Assembly: GCA_965221795.1 (NCBI GenBank)
Contig: OZ244914.1
Location: 2,112,974-2,176,973 of the forward strand
Direction of reading: 5' to 3'
Source: Candidatus Poriferihabitaceae bacterium
Lineage (GTDB): Bacteria > Pseudomonadota > Gammaproteobacteria > Arenicellales > Poriferihabitantaceae
Length of the DNA: 64,000 nucleotides
The position numbers and the translations under genes are program-made. Numbering within the stretch: position 1 is the first letter of the stretch; each line of letters begins with the position of its first letter. Shown in pieces: positions 8,851 to 18,089 of the stretch. Under the pieces are notes generated by a model, which did no database searches, had not been told where the DNA came from, and saw nothing but the letters and a program-made list of their open reading frames with translations.

Positions 8851-11800
8851 GTCAACGCTACGATATCGCTATTGTGGGGGCGGGTCCAGTCGGTAGTGTC
8901 TGCGCCTTGGCCCATGCACAAAAGGGTGCCCGGGTGGCTTTGCTCGAAGCCAATCCCAAGTCCGCCTTGCGGCTAGCCGGGGAATGGCTGCATCCGCCGG
9001 CCGTAAAGATATTGCGCAGCCTCGGGGTTGACCTTCCCCCATCGTGTTCACAGGCCACCGGGAAAGGGTTTGCCATCTTTCCAGAAGATAGTACCGAGCC
9101 CATTACCTTTCCTTACCCAAACGGCAGCCTAGGATTCACATGCGAACATTCTGCGCTGGTGGAAAGTCTCCGTAAGACTGTCAGCAGCAATCCAAATATT
9201 GAATTTCTTGTCGGTGCACGTGCATCCACGATTGAGGATGGGTGTATCGAGTATGCGCATGATGGAGCCAGTAGAACGATCCAGGCTGCTCGAATCGTCG
9301 GGGCCGATGGCCAAGCCTCTGTCGTTCGCCAGTCGTTGGGCCTGTCGGTCACTCCGAAGATCTGTTCGCAGACGGTGGGCGTCCTGTTGAGCCATGAGGT
9401 GCAGTTATCGCTGGAGGGGTATGGGTATGTGATACTTGGTGGCCCGGGCCCGATTCTCCTTTATCGGCTGGCAAGTGGTGTGGTCAGACTGATTGCCGAT
9501 ATTCCGCTGAATCGTACGACCCCCAAGGACCGAGTGGCTTTTTTACTGGACTCGTATACCGACCTATTGCCGGATTCCCTCCAGTCTGCGTTTGTCCAGG
9601 CGTTGCGATTACGGCAATTCCAGGTTGCGATCAATAAACTGAGGCCACATGTCACTTACGGCAGCTCCCATCGAGTCCTCATTGGCGATGCAGCCGGGCA
9701 TTATCATCCTATGACTGCGATGGGAATGACCTTCGGATTCGGTGATGCATTTTCCTTGGCCGAAACGGAACGTTTTGATGACTTTGTTGCGCAACGTTTT
9801 CGGGAGACTCACACCCCATCTTTTCTTGCCATGGGGCTCTACGAGGTCTTTGCCGACTATCGGGCCGAAGCAGTCGCGATCCGGCATGCCATCTATCAGA
9901 GGGCCCGGGCCAGTTCAGTGTTCCGGGATCGAACCATCCGCTTGCTGGCCTGTGAAGATACCTCGCCCGCCCGCATGGGGGTCGCGTTTTTCGGTACGGT
10001 GATTCGTGCGTTGATGGCCCAGGTCCCGAGGTCCCTGGACTGGCTGGCGTGGCAAAAATCCTGGCACACCCTACAGGCCATGATTACTCGCATTGGATGG
10101 CTGTTACAAAGTATGCGGCGACTGTACCGGATCAAATACCGGAGTGGGGCAATGGATGAGCAAGCCTGGAGTACGCTGTCGAGGGTCTTCCCACACTCTA
10201 TGCCATGGAAATCGGACACATCCAAACCCAATCACTCGAAGAGTAACCCGTCCCCAGATGCGAGACCGGCATTGCAATCTGCGATCCGCCAGTTGCTGGA
10301 AGTGCAGAATAAAGATGGCTCCTGGGAGGGGGAGATGGTCTGGTGTCCCATGCTGACAGCCCAGTATGTGCTGCTGCATCACATCATCGAACGGCCCCTT
10401 CAGCCTGACCGGTGCCGGCATGTGCTGCGATCCTTCGAACAGACCCGTCTCGCGGATGGCACCTGGGGCATGCATGAACACTCACCGCCTCACCTGTTCG
10501 TGACCACATTGGTGTATGTTGCGGCCCGGTTACTCGGGGTCGGGAGAGATGATCCATTGCTGGAACCAGCCCGACGTTTCCTGCATGCGGAGGGCGTAGT
10601 CAATATCCCGAGTTGGGGCAAATTCTGGCTGGCTATTCTCAATCTATACGACTGGCGTGGTGTGAATGCCATTCTTCCAGAGTTGTGGGTGCTGCCCCGT
10701 TGGTTGGCCATCCACCCCTCGAACTGGTATTGCCATACCCGGCTGATTTACATGGCGATGTCCGTGGTCTATGCGCACCGGTTTCAGGTACCGGTTACGC
10801 CGGTGGTCGAGTCGTTACGGCAAGAACTGTTTCCGGCCGGTTTCACCCGTGTTGATTTTACCCATGCCCGCAATGCGCTACGGGACGGCGATCTTTTCGC
10901 ACGTCCGGGCAAAATGTTGCGGGTTGGGTATGCGCTGGCACGAGGGTTTGAACGATATGGTGGCAAGGGCCTACGCCCCCAATGTGTGAAAGCTATCACC
11001 GAGCGTATCCATTGGGAGTTGAAAAGCAGTAGCCACACCTGTATATCCCCAGTCAGCGGCACACTGAATCTCCTCGCCTTATGGCTACAGGATCCAGACG
11101 ATGTGGATTTCCTGCAAGGGCTGGAACGGCTGGAGGGCTGGATCTGGGAGGACAGCGCACAGGGTGCCCGGGTCACCGGTGCCAGAAGTGCTTCATGGGA
11201 TACCGGATTTGCCTTGCAGGCCCTGGCGACCGTAGCGGGTTTTGATGGTGTGCGCGATGCTATGAAAAAAGGGGCTGATTTTCTCTTCCAGCAACAAATT
11301 CGCCACAGCTTTGAGGGATTCGCCCATGCATTTCGCAATGACCCCCAAGGCGGCTGGTGTTTTGCAGGAGGGTGGCATGGATGGCCAGTGACGGATTGCA
11401 CAGCGGAAGCAGTACTGGGGCTGATCAATGTGCATGGAAAAGCCGTTGATCGCTCCGTACTGAACGAAGCGATTCAATTCATGTTGCGCGGGCAAAATAG
11501 AGATGGCAGTTTTGGCAGCTATGAGGCGCGACGTTCCGCACTGGGTCTTGAGTGGCTGAATCCGGCCGAGATGTTTGGCGAATCAATGACAGAAGGATCC
11601 TACGTCGAATGCACTGCATCGTGTCTTGCCGCCTTTGCCGCTTGCAAGCGGCATTATCCCGATCTCATTCGGCAGACGGTCATGAAGTCGATTCTTCGGG
11701 CCGATGCTTGGCTGCGCCGTACTCAGCGGGCAGATGGTTCATGGCGTGGTGTATGGGGTGTGCAGTACATTTATGGTACCTTATTCGGAATTCGGGCTCT

Positions 11801-12341
11801 ATTGGCCGCAGGGGCCCACCCGAGTGATACCGCATTGCGCTTGGCTTGTCGCTGGCTATTGGACCGCCAGCACAGCGACGGAGGGTGGGGTGAGCATCAC
11901 AGCGGTTGTCTTTCCGGCCAATATGTCGACCATGACGAAAGTCAGGTGATTCAGACTGCATGGGCGCTGATCGCACTGCTGGAAGCGAAGGATTCGAGCT
12001 GGCATGCCATTTCCAAAGGAGCACAATATCTGCTGGATACTCAGAAAGCGGATGGAACTTGGCCCAAGCAAGACATGGCTGGGGTATTTTTCCGCACGGC
12101 CCTGTTGGACTATGTTCTGTATCGACAGTATTTTCCTCTGCATGCACTCGGTCTCTATGAGCAGCATCGCCAGATACGCTTGAATTTGACGAACACCGCG
12201 ATTCTGGATGATAACGTGAAACCGGCCGAAGCCGAATCTTCGTTGCCCTTGATCCCGCTTCATCCACCTTTGACTCCGAATCCGCCATCGCCTGAAGCTG
12301 CTCCCGGAACTGGTTCAGGGAATTACGCTTCTCTAGGATAA
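8847..12341 (+). CDS. Squalene epoxidase - oxidosqualene cyclase fusion (1164 aa)
   Basis: N-half: IVGAGPVG, RLAGEWLHP, LIGDAAGHYHPMTAMGMT (SE/Erg1-like). C-half: QW repeats, IPSWGKFWL, WYCHTRLIY, catalytic DCTAE, GVQYIYGT, GGWGE. ATG overlaps the cyp51 stop (ATGA at 8847-8850). Confidence 0.92.
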   Translation: MSQRYDIAIVGAGPVGSVCALAHAQKGARVALLEANPKSALRLAGEWLHPPAVKILRSLGVDLPPSCSQATGKGFAIFPEDSTEPITFPYPNGSLGFTCEHSALVESLRKTVSSNPNIEFLVGARASTIEDGCIEYAHDGASRTIQAARIVGADGQASVVRQSLGLSVTPKICSQTVGVLLSHEVQLSLEGYGYVILGGPGPILLYRLASGVVRLIADIPLNRTTPKDRVAFLLDSYTDLLPDSLQSAFVQALRLRQFQVAINKLRPHVTYGSSHRVLIGDAAGHYHPMTAMGMTFGFGDAFSLAETERFDDFVAQRFRETHTPSFLAMGLYEVFADYRAEAVAIRHAIYQRARASSVFRDRTIRLLACEDTSPARMGVAFFGTVIRALMAQVPRSLDWLAWQKSWHTLQAMITRIGWLLQSMRRLYRIKYRSGAMDEQAWSTLSRVFPHSMPWKSDTSKPNHSKSNPSPDARPALQSAIRQLLEVQNKDGSWEGEMVWCPMLTAQYVLLHHIIERPLQPDRCRHVLRSFEQTRLADGTWGMHEHSPPHLFVTTLVYVAARLLGVGRDDPLLEPARRFLHAEGVVNIPSWGKFWLAILNLYDWRGVNAILPELWVLPRWLAIHPSNWYCHTRLIYMAMSVVYAHRFQVPVTPVVESLRQELFPAGFTRVDFTHARNALRDGDLFARPGKMLRVGYALARGFERYGGKGLRPQCVKAITERIHWELKSSSHTCISPVSGTLNLLALWLQDPDDVDFLQGLERLEGWIWEDSAQGARVTGARSASWDTGFALQALATVAGFDGVRDAMKKGADFLFQQQIRHSFEGFAHAFRNDPQGGWCFAGGWHGWPVTDCTAEAVLGLINVHGKAVDRSVLNEAIQFMLRGQNRDGSFGSYEARRSALGLEWLNPAEMFGESMTEGSYVECTASCLAAFAACKRHYPDLIRQTVMKSILRADAWLRRTQRADGSWRGVWGVQYIYGTLFGIRALLAAGAHPSDTALRLACRWLLDRQHSDGGWGEHHSGCLSGQYVDHDESQVIQTAWALIALLEAKDSSWHAISKGAQYLLDTQKADGTWPKQDMAGVFFRTALLDYVLYRQYFPLHALGLYEQHRQIRLNLTNTAILDDNVKPAEAESSLPLIPLHPPLTPNPPSPEAAPGTGSGNYASLG

Positions 12342-12828
12342 CCGATCGACAAGACCACTGGAGGGATCGCATCTTCCTGATGGCAGAGTCCGACACAAAT
12401 CCCCAACGACAGCAATCGCCATCTCTCGACATCCGTTCTGAGTCGTAAACGCAATCAGTGCGAGATAGGTGAGTAATTGGTGATCGAATCCACGCGAGTG
12501 GCATAAGGCGTTCATCACAACACCTTGTCCGTTGCTCAATGGCCAGAGCGTGTCGCGCATGAAAGGGTTGTCGTGGGGCAGCGCGACACCAACGAGTACG
12601 CTATCAGACACGACGAAGGCTTCTTCGAATGGTCCGGTTGCACCAGCTGTGCATCCTCATAATCCGGTCAGAAGCATTCAGCGACATGGTCATTCCAATC
12701 AAGCGGCCACTTAGGCGATTGCAGTGAACCACATGAAGGAAGCGTCTGCGTATGTCAGGTCATCCAGACCGATCAGCACTCATACCAGGGAAGGCGTTGG
12801 CAGCCCGGAAACTGGGCCAGTCGATAGG

Positions 12829-13647
12829 CTACCGTACTCGTTTTAGCGCTGTTTGGGTAAAGTCCCTATCATCCAGATCAGTACCAAACTCGTAGTCGGA
12901 CCATTCCAGCACGGTGCTCTTTCCCGTCAGGTGATTTTCCATGGTGATTGTACTGGCCCGCCAAAAACGATCCAGGTACTTCCGATAATCCTTCACCGTC
13001 ATGGTTTTCAAATGTACTTCCCCGCGGTCGAAAAACTGAATTTGTATGGTCCGGAGCTCTTCTTGATCCAGCCAAACTAACTGACGGGTATATCCAGAGT
13101 CTTCACTCAAGGGAATACGCTCCAGGACGATACACTCGAGATCTCCGCAGGATTCCTCGCGCAGGTGTCGGTGCACAAATTTTTCGACCTCCACCGCCCC
13201 CATGTCCTCATAGGAAAATTCGCTGCCCATGAAGGAACCGGACTGGTTTGAGGAACTGATGGCCTTGACTCGCCTCAGGGCAGGAAGGTAGAGCCACTGG
13301 TCATCTGGAGAATCTTTATGGGCATGGACGAGAAAAGCAGTCCCCCTGACATCCCGTGGACGATCGAATACAAACAGGGTTCGGTCGCCGTCGTTATCGA
13401 CCTCCATGACCTTGATCCGCACTTCGCGTTTGCTTTCCTGCCCCTGCTTGTTGCGCAGAATCATATCCAGGTTTGCTGTGAAATTACTGAAACCCTTCTG
13501 GCGTTCACGGGCCTCAGTGGCAATCCGAAGCCCCAACTCCTCGACACTCTCCGCGCGACCGAGAGATGAATTGGTCATCCAAACAACAACAGCAAGGAGT
13601 GCTACAGACCAAGTCAACATTGGTCGAGGAAAACTCACACACATCAT
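12829..13647 (-). CDS. LolA-like outer-membrane lipoprotein-sorting family protein (secreted)
   Basis: Signal-peptide-like N-terminus; F..P.DVRGTAFL, DDQWLYLPALRRVK.I, SFMGSEFSYED motifs; the longer ORF in the track runs in from the IS. Confidence 0.8.
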   Translation of the reverse strand: MMCVSFPRPMLTWSVALLAVVVWMTNSSLGRAESVEELGLRIATEARERQKGFSNFTANLDMILRNKQGQESKREVRIKVMEVDNDGDRTLFVFDRPRDVRGTAFLVHAHKDSPDDQWLYLPALRRVKAISSSNQSGSFMGSEFSYEDMGAVEVEKFVHRHLREESCGDLECIVLERIPLSEDSGYTRQLVWLDQEELRTIQIQFFDRGEVHLKTMTVKDYRKYLDRFWRASTITMENHLTGKSTVLEWSDYEFGTDLDDRDFTQTALKRVR

Positions 13648-13749
13648 GGCTGTTTCTTTCTGCAGGTGTTCACAATCAAAATCAGTAAGCGAGATCAATG
13701 TCACAACTGTAGACTTTGGATATCGCCTTGCGAGTAGCATTTTATCATA

Positions 13750-15102
13750 CCCCGGGACCAGTCCGAAGTGCAACCGCGCCGCGATCCCGGAATGAGGGCG
13801 TAGCCCGAAGGGAGGGGTCGCGGCGGCGACCCAAAAATCCGCGCTGCGAGTGCTTCTTTTCGGCCCCGGATGGCAACCATCTCGACTCCAAGCGATCCTG
13901 ACCGAAGCCATTGACCAAGGCAAAGGCGAGTTCGGGACCTGAAGGCCGAGTGAAGCCGCTCCGGTGCATCACCGGAGGGCCCGGAGTGCCGGGGCGATGG
14001 GGGACCGTGGGCCGCGTCAGGGGGGAGCCAGACCACGGGCAAAGACCTCTGCCGGGGTACGAACCCCCGGGGCCTTCCGAGGCCGACGGTGGAGCCGGTC
14101 CTCCACCGCCCGCACCGGTGCCGCGGTCACCTGGCGGAAGTCGGTGCCCTTCGGGAAGTACGGGCGCACCCGGCCGTTGGTATGCTCGTTCCGGCCCCGT
14201 TCCCAGGAATGGTAGGGAGTGGCGAAGTAGAAGCCTGCGCCCAACGCCGCAGCGATCTCCCGGTGCTTTGCGAACTCCTTGCCGTGGTCCGCCGTGCCGA
14301 TGTGGACCCGGTCCCGAACCGGACCCATGCGCCGGGTGATCGCCTCGGTGCCCTGCGGCGGCCGTCTTGCCTTCGACCCACGCCAGGAACCGGAACTTCG
14401 AGCCCCGGTCCACTGCCGACACCAAGGCACCCCGGTGCCTCGCTCCCATGATCGGTTCCCGCTCCCAGTCCCCGATCCGGCACTGCTCCTCAACCACTGC
14501 CGGCCGCTCCGCAAGGTCCACCCAATCGGGAATGTGACCGCGTCCGGCAGAGCGGCCGCCGCGCCCATTCGGCTTCTGGCCCCGACGTCGCCGGCACCGG
14601 TACAGGATCCCTCCGGCCTGCCGATCCGTCCGCACCTGCGGGTAGATCCACTCCTGGCCCGCCATCCCTTCGCCCGGCAACCGAACCCAGCCCGCGATCT
14701 GCTCCGGGCTCCATCCTTCCTGCAACCGTCCTGCCGCGACCACCCAGCGCTCCGGTGTCCTCTTCCAGGGCACCGCCGAAGCCTCCTGACGACGGGCCGT
14801 CGCCTTGCCGTCGGCCTGCGGGTGCCGGTCGCCCCGCAGGCCGCGGTGGCGCGAGGTCTCCCGCGAGATCGTCCCGGGGTCCCGTCCGAGATCGCGGGCC
14901 ATCTCCGGTTTCGACCACCCCCGATGCAACCGGGCGTGAATCTGGCATCGTTCGGCATGGGTCAGGGGGTGGTAGTCTACGGGCATGGCAATTCTCCGTT
15001 CGTGATCAACCGAGATGGTTCGCCATCCTCTGGCCCACCGCAAGCTTTTCACCTCACGAGCCAGCGGCTTAGGGGGTGTTGCACTTCACACTGGAACGGG
15101 GG
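13750..15102 (-). mobile_element. IS30-family element copy 1, frameshifted transposase
   Basis: 25-bp imperfect TIRs (CCCCGGGACCAGTCCGAAGTGCAAC / CCCCCGTTCCAGTGTGAAGTGCAAC); 3-bp TSD ATA (13747-49, 15103-05); IS30 motifs YHPLT..ER..I, WSPEQIAG, GDWE, DHGKEF, PYHSWERG.NEHTNG..R.YFPKG split across frames. Confidence 0.9.
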
Positions 15103-15907
15103 ATACGATTATCAGTTCCGGATAGCACTGTAGAAGCCATGCCAATTTTGGAAGTTAGAGGGCAAGGCGGGAAATAGACCCTGCGGAGATGATAAGAGGG
15201 CGGGGCCTGATCGAGATTAGGCAAGCAGTGGTCCCAAGAGAGGCGGTGGCGGAATGGAACCGGTCGATTCGCGATCTTTTGCGTGGCTGGGTGCTAGGGT
15301 CGACCGGACCTTACAGAGCCGGAATCGCGAGGGAGATGCGGAAGCTCTCCGCTCCTGCTTTCAAGTCGAAGAACCCTGCCAATCATGTCCGGCCATCATT
15401 GTGAGGATACGGCCGCACCTGCTGGGAAATTGCGCCCCGGACACCGCTCGGCAGGCGAATCCGCTTCTTCCTCTTCCTGGATGCCATGCTTACAGGCTCA
15501 TCGGGAAATTTCATGTTGCGTTCCTCAGTTGTGCAGCGGGAGAAGCATGATGGGTGAGGCGGCACAGGTTCTTCGGATATGACTGCAGCACAATCTTGTG
15601 TTGCCGCGCCACAAGAAGTGGCCGTTGCGGTGGCGCTACGGCTCTGGCAGCCATGCGCCGTCAGGACGCCACAGGCAAGCGTCCATTCGATGCCCTGCGA
15701 GAGGTGCTCAGAGGGATGGAACCCAAGAAATACGATCTGGATTGGCTCGAGTGCCCGCACTGTCCAGCACCTATTTGGGCGTTCATAATTGATGGGTTCG
15801 GCTGACGTCTTTAACGGGGCAGACGGCTGCCGCAGGGAGCACCGCCTGTGCAAATGACTTGGCGTGACCACTCCATGAAAGTGGTTCGGTGGTAAAATCG
15901 CACTGCC

Positions 15908-17320
15908 ATGCAGACGAATGATGCCCTGACCGCGCTTCGGGACCTTCCTGGCCCCAAGGGGCTGCCGTTGGTCGGCGTATTGCACCAGATACGCTTCGAC
16001 CGGTTACATCTCCAACTAGAGGCTTGGGCAGACAGCTATGGTGCCCTGTTCCAGATTCCCATGGGGCCGTACTCCGCCGTTGTGGTCTCGGACGCCGCGG
16101 CTGTCCAGCGCATCCTTGTGCAGCGTCCGCAGGTCTTCCGACGCACGCGGCGGCTTGCATCAGTGGCACAGGAAATGCGGCTCAAGGGCGTATTCGCCAC
16201 TGAGGGCGAGGACTGGCGCCGCCAGCGCCGGGTCGTCACTGCGGCGCTCAACCGCCAGAAGCTCACCGACTTCTTCCCAAAGCTTGCTGTAACGGTCGCG
16301 CGCCTGCAGCGGCGCTGGGAAGGGGCGGCGGACCTGGGCGAGCCAGTGGATATCTGTGGGGACCTCATGCGCTTCACCGTCGACATCACCATGCAACTTG
16401 CTTTCAGTGTCGACGCCAACACGCTGGAGACATCAGGGCCGGTGATCCAGCGCCATCTCGACAAGGTTTTGCCCGTGCTGTACCGACGGAGCAATGCGCC
16501 CTTCGCTTGGTGGCGCCTCTTCCGCCTGCCTTCCGACCGGGCTCTCGACCGGGCACTTGAAGCCATTGAGCGCGAGGTGGGCGAGATGATTCGTGTCGCC
16601 AGGCAGCGCATGGCAGCAGATCCGGGCCGCGCACCCACCGACTTTCTGGAAGCCATGCTGGCAGCGGTGGAGGAGGAAGGATCAGGCTTCTGCGATGCGG
16701 AGATCTTCGCCAATGCCGGCAACTTGCTGTTGGCCGGAGAGGACACGACCGCCAACAGCATCGCGTGGGCGATGCACTATTTCATGCTCTATCCTGAAAT
16801 GTTCGAGCGCGTTCGCGGCGAGGCGGATGCGCTGCTCGCCCCGTCACCGGCACTGGAGGACCTTGAACAGGCGAATTGTCTGCCGGTCCTTGATGCCTTC
16901 TGCAGAGAGGTCATGCGGATCAAACCAGTGGTACCACTCCATGTCGCCGAGCCGGTGACAGACATCGAATTGCTGGGTTGTGCGATCCCGAAAGGCACAC
17001 CGATCTTCATGCTGCTCCGCTATATAGCGACCCGTGAGACGCATTTTGCCGGCGGTGACCGCTTTGATCCTGAGCGCTGGTTACCCGAATCGCAGCCCAG
17101 TCCGCATGATCGCCGAGTCTTCCTGCCCTTCGGCAGCGGCCCGCGCCTCTGTCCTGGCCGTGCGCTGGCGCTGCTTGAGATCCGCGCGGCGCTTACCATG
17201 CTTTGCCGCAATTTCGACCTGGAGCCGGTCATGTCCGCCAGCGAGGTCCATGAACACATGGCTTTCACCATGCTGCCCGCGGGGCTGAAGGCGCGTCTCA
17301 GGCGGCGGGTGGCATGCTGA
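15908..17320 (+). CDS. Cytochrome P450 (non-CYP51, family unassigned)
   Basis: LPGPKGLPLVG N-terminus, AGEDTT I-helix, EVMR (ExxR), PERW, FGSGPRLCPG heme motif. Confidence 0.92.
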   Translation: MQTNDALTALRDLPGPKGLPLVGVLHQIRFDRLHLQLEAWADSYGALFQIPMGPYSAVVVSDAAAVQRILVQRPQVFRRTRRLASVAQEMRLKGVFATEGEDWRRQRRVVTAALNRQKLTDFFPKLAVTVARLQRRWEGAADLGEPVDICGDLMRFTVDITMQLAFSVDANTLETSGPVIQRHLDKVLPVLYRRSNAPFAWWRLFRLPSDRALDRALEAIEREVGEMIRVARQRMAADPGRAPTDFLEAMLAAVEEEGSGFCDAEIFANAGNLLLAGEDTTANSIAWAMHYFMLYPEMFERVRGEADALLAPSPALEDLEQANCLPVLDAFCREVMRIKPVVPLHVAEPVTDIELLGCAIPKGTPIFMLLRYIATRETHFAGGDRFDPERWLPESQPSPHDRRVFLPFGSGPRLCPGRALALLEIRAALTMLCRNFDLEPVMSASEVHEHMAFTMLPAGLKARLRRRVAC

Positions 17321-17360
17321 TGGGCCAGACGCGATCAATGCGGCGATGCGCTGCCCATGC

Positions 17361-17475
17361 CTACAACTCACCCTCCTCCTTGAGCATATTGAGGGAGCGG
17401 GTGAAGGCGGCGACAGTGGCATTGATCTCGGTTTCGCCGTGGGTGGCGGAAAATTTTACTGCCCGGATAGCGAGT
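17361..17475 (-). pseudogene. Possible C-terminal remnant of a class III (HemL-like) aminotransferase
   Basis: Minus strand reads ..FSATHGETEINATVAAFTRSLNMLKEEGEL*, resembling the S.aH...di..t helix; upstream frame broken. Confidence 0.25.
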
Positions 17476-17754
17476 CAGATCCAAGCCGTTCACATTCATC
17501 GCGAGCCTGAGCTGGTGCGCCGCGCAGGGTATTGCCCTTCAGCTCCTGATAGCTGCAGGCGAAGGGGTCGAATGACTCCGGTGAAACATCATCTCTGCCT
17601 GTAGCCTTCGGTTCCGCCTGCGCTTGGCCGCCGCCGTGGCCGCTTCCTGCGCTGCCGCCCAGCCCGAACGGGGAGCCCCGACCATGAGCGACCAGATAAA
17701 GTCCACCTAGCCCGGCGCGTCCGTGCCTCCAGACCGCGCACGGTCAGCTGTCGG

Positions 17755-18051
17755 GTGCCGCCGGAGAACCCCGACCCCATCGGCCTTCATGTCCTGACGT
17801 GCGAGTTTGTTACCGGCTTCGATGCCGTTCGCCTGCGGTCAGGCAGTTGGTATGTCCGGTACTACCACGCCAAGCTCTTCAAGCCGTACCGGCACCTACC
17901 TCGGCACCTTCTTGAATGTTGGTTCCTGCCGCCGTACCGCCCGCCGCTCGTGCTGGTGGAGCGGGTCTGGAAACGGGCGCGACGGCTCGCGACCCACAAC
18001 CTCCACACCGACCGCTTGAAGGAACTCCGTGCACCGCGGAATCCGGCCTAA
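17755..18051 (+). pseudogene. IS630-family transposase C-terminal remnant
   Basis: YYHAKL..., WFLPPYRPPL..VERVWK.ARR.ATHN resembles the IS630 DDE motif LPPYSP.LNPIE..W. Confidence 0.6.
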
Positions 18052-18089
18052 ACCGATAGAGAAAGTCGAATCCTGTTCGTAAAAGACTA

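Noticed and set aside
7600-11428. Long antisense ORFs (e.g. 7600-8253, 10784-11428) and similar ones such as 22797-23579 and 55194-55979
   Set aside because: Shadow frames opposite well-supported genes, as expected in GC-rich DNA.
8847-12341. Squalene-hopene cyclase / hopanoid cluster (the SDR resembles HpnA)
   Set aside because: The catalytic motif is DCTAE, not DXDD, and the partners are an epoxidase, CYP51 and a sterol reductase.
12342-12828. Short ORFs between the cyclase and the LolA-like gene
   Set aside because: No recognisable family, and overlapping frames are equally uninformative.
12829-13923. 364-aa version of the LolA-like ORF
   Set aside because: The extra N-terminus is read-through from the IS30 tail; the signal peptide starts at 13647.
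15189-15805. Short ORFs between IS30 copy 1 and the P450
   Set aside because: No recognisable motifs or convincing RBS; probably decayed sequence.
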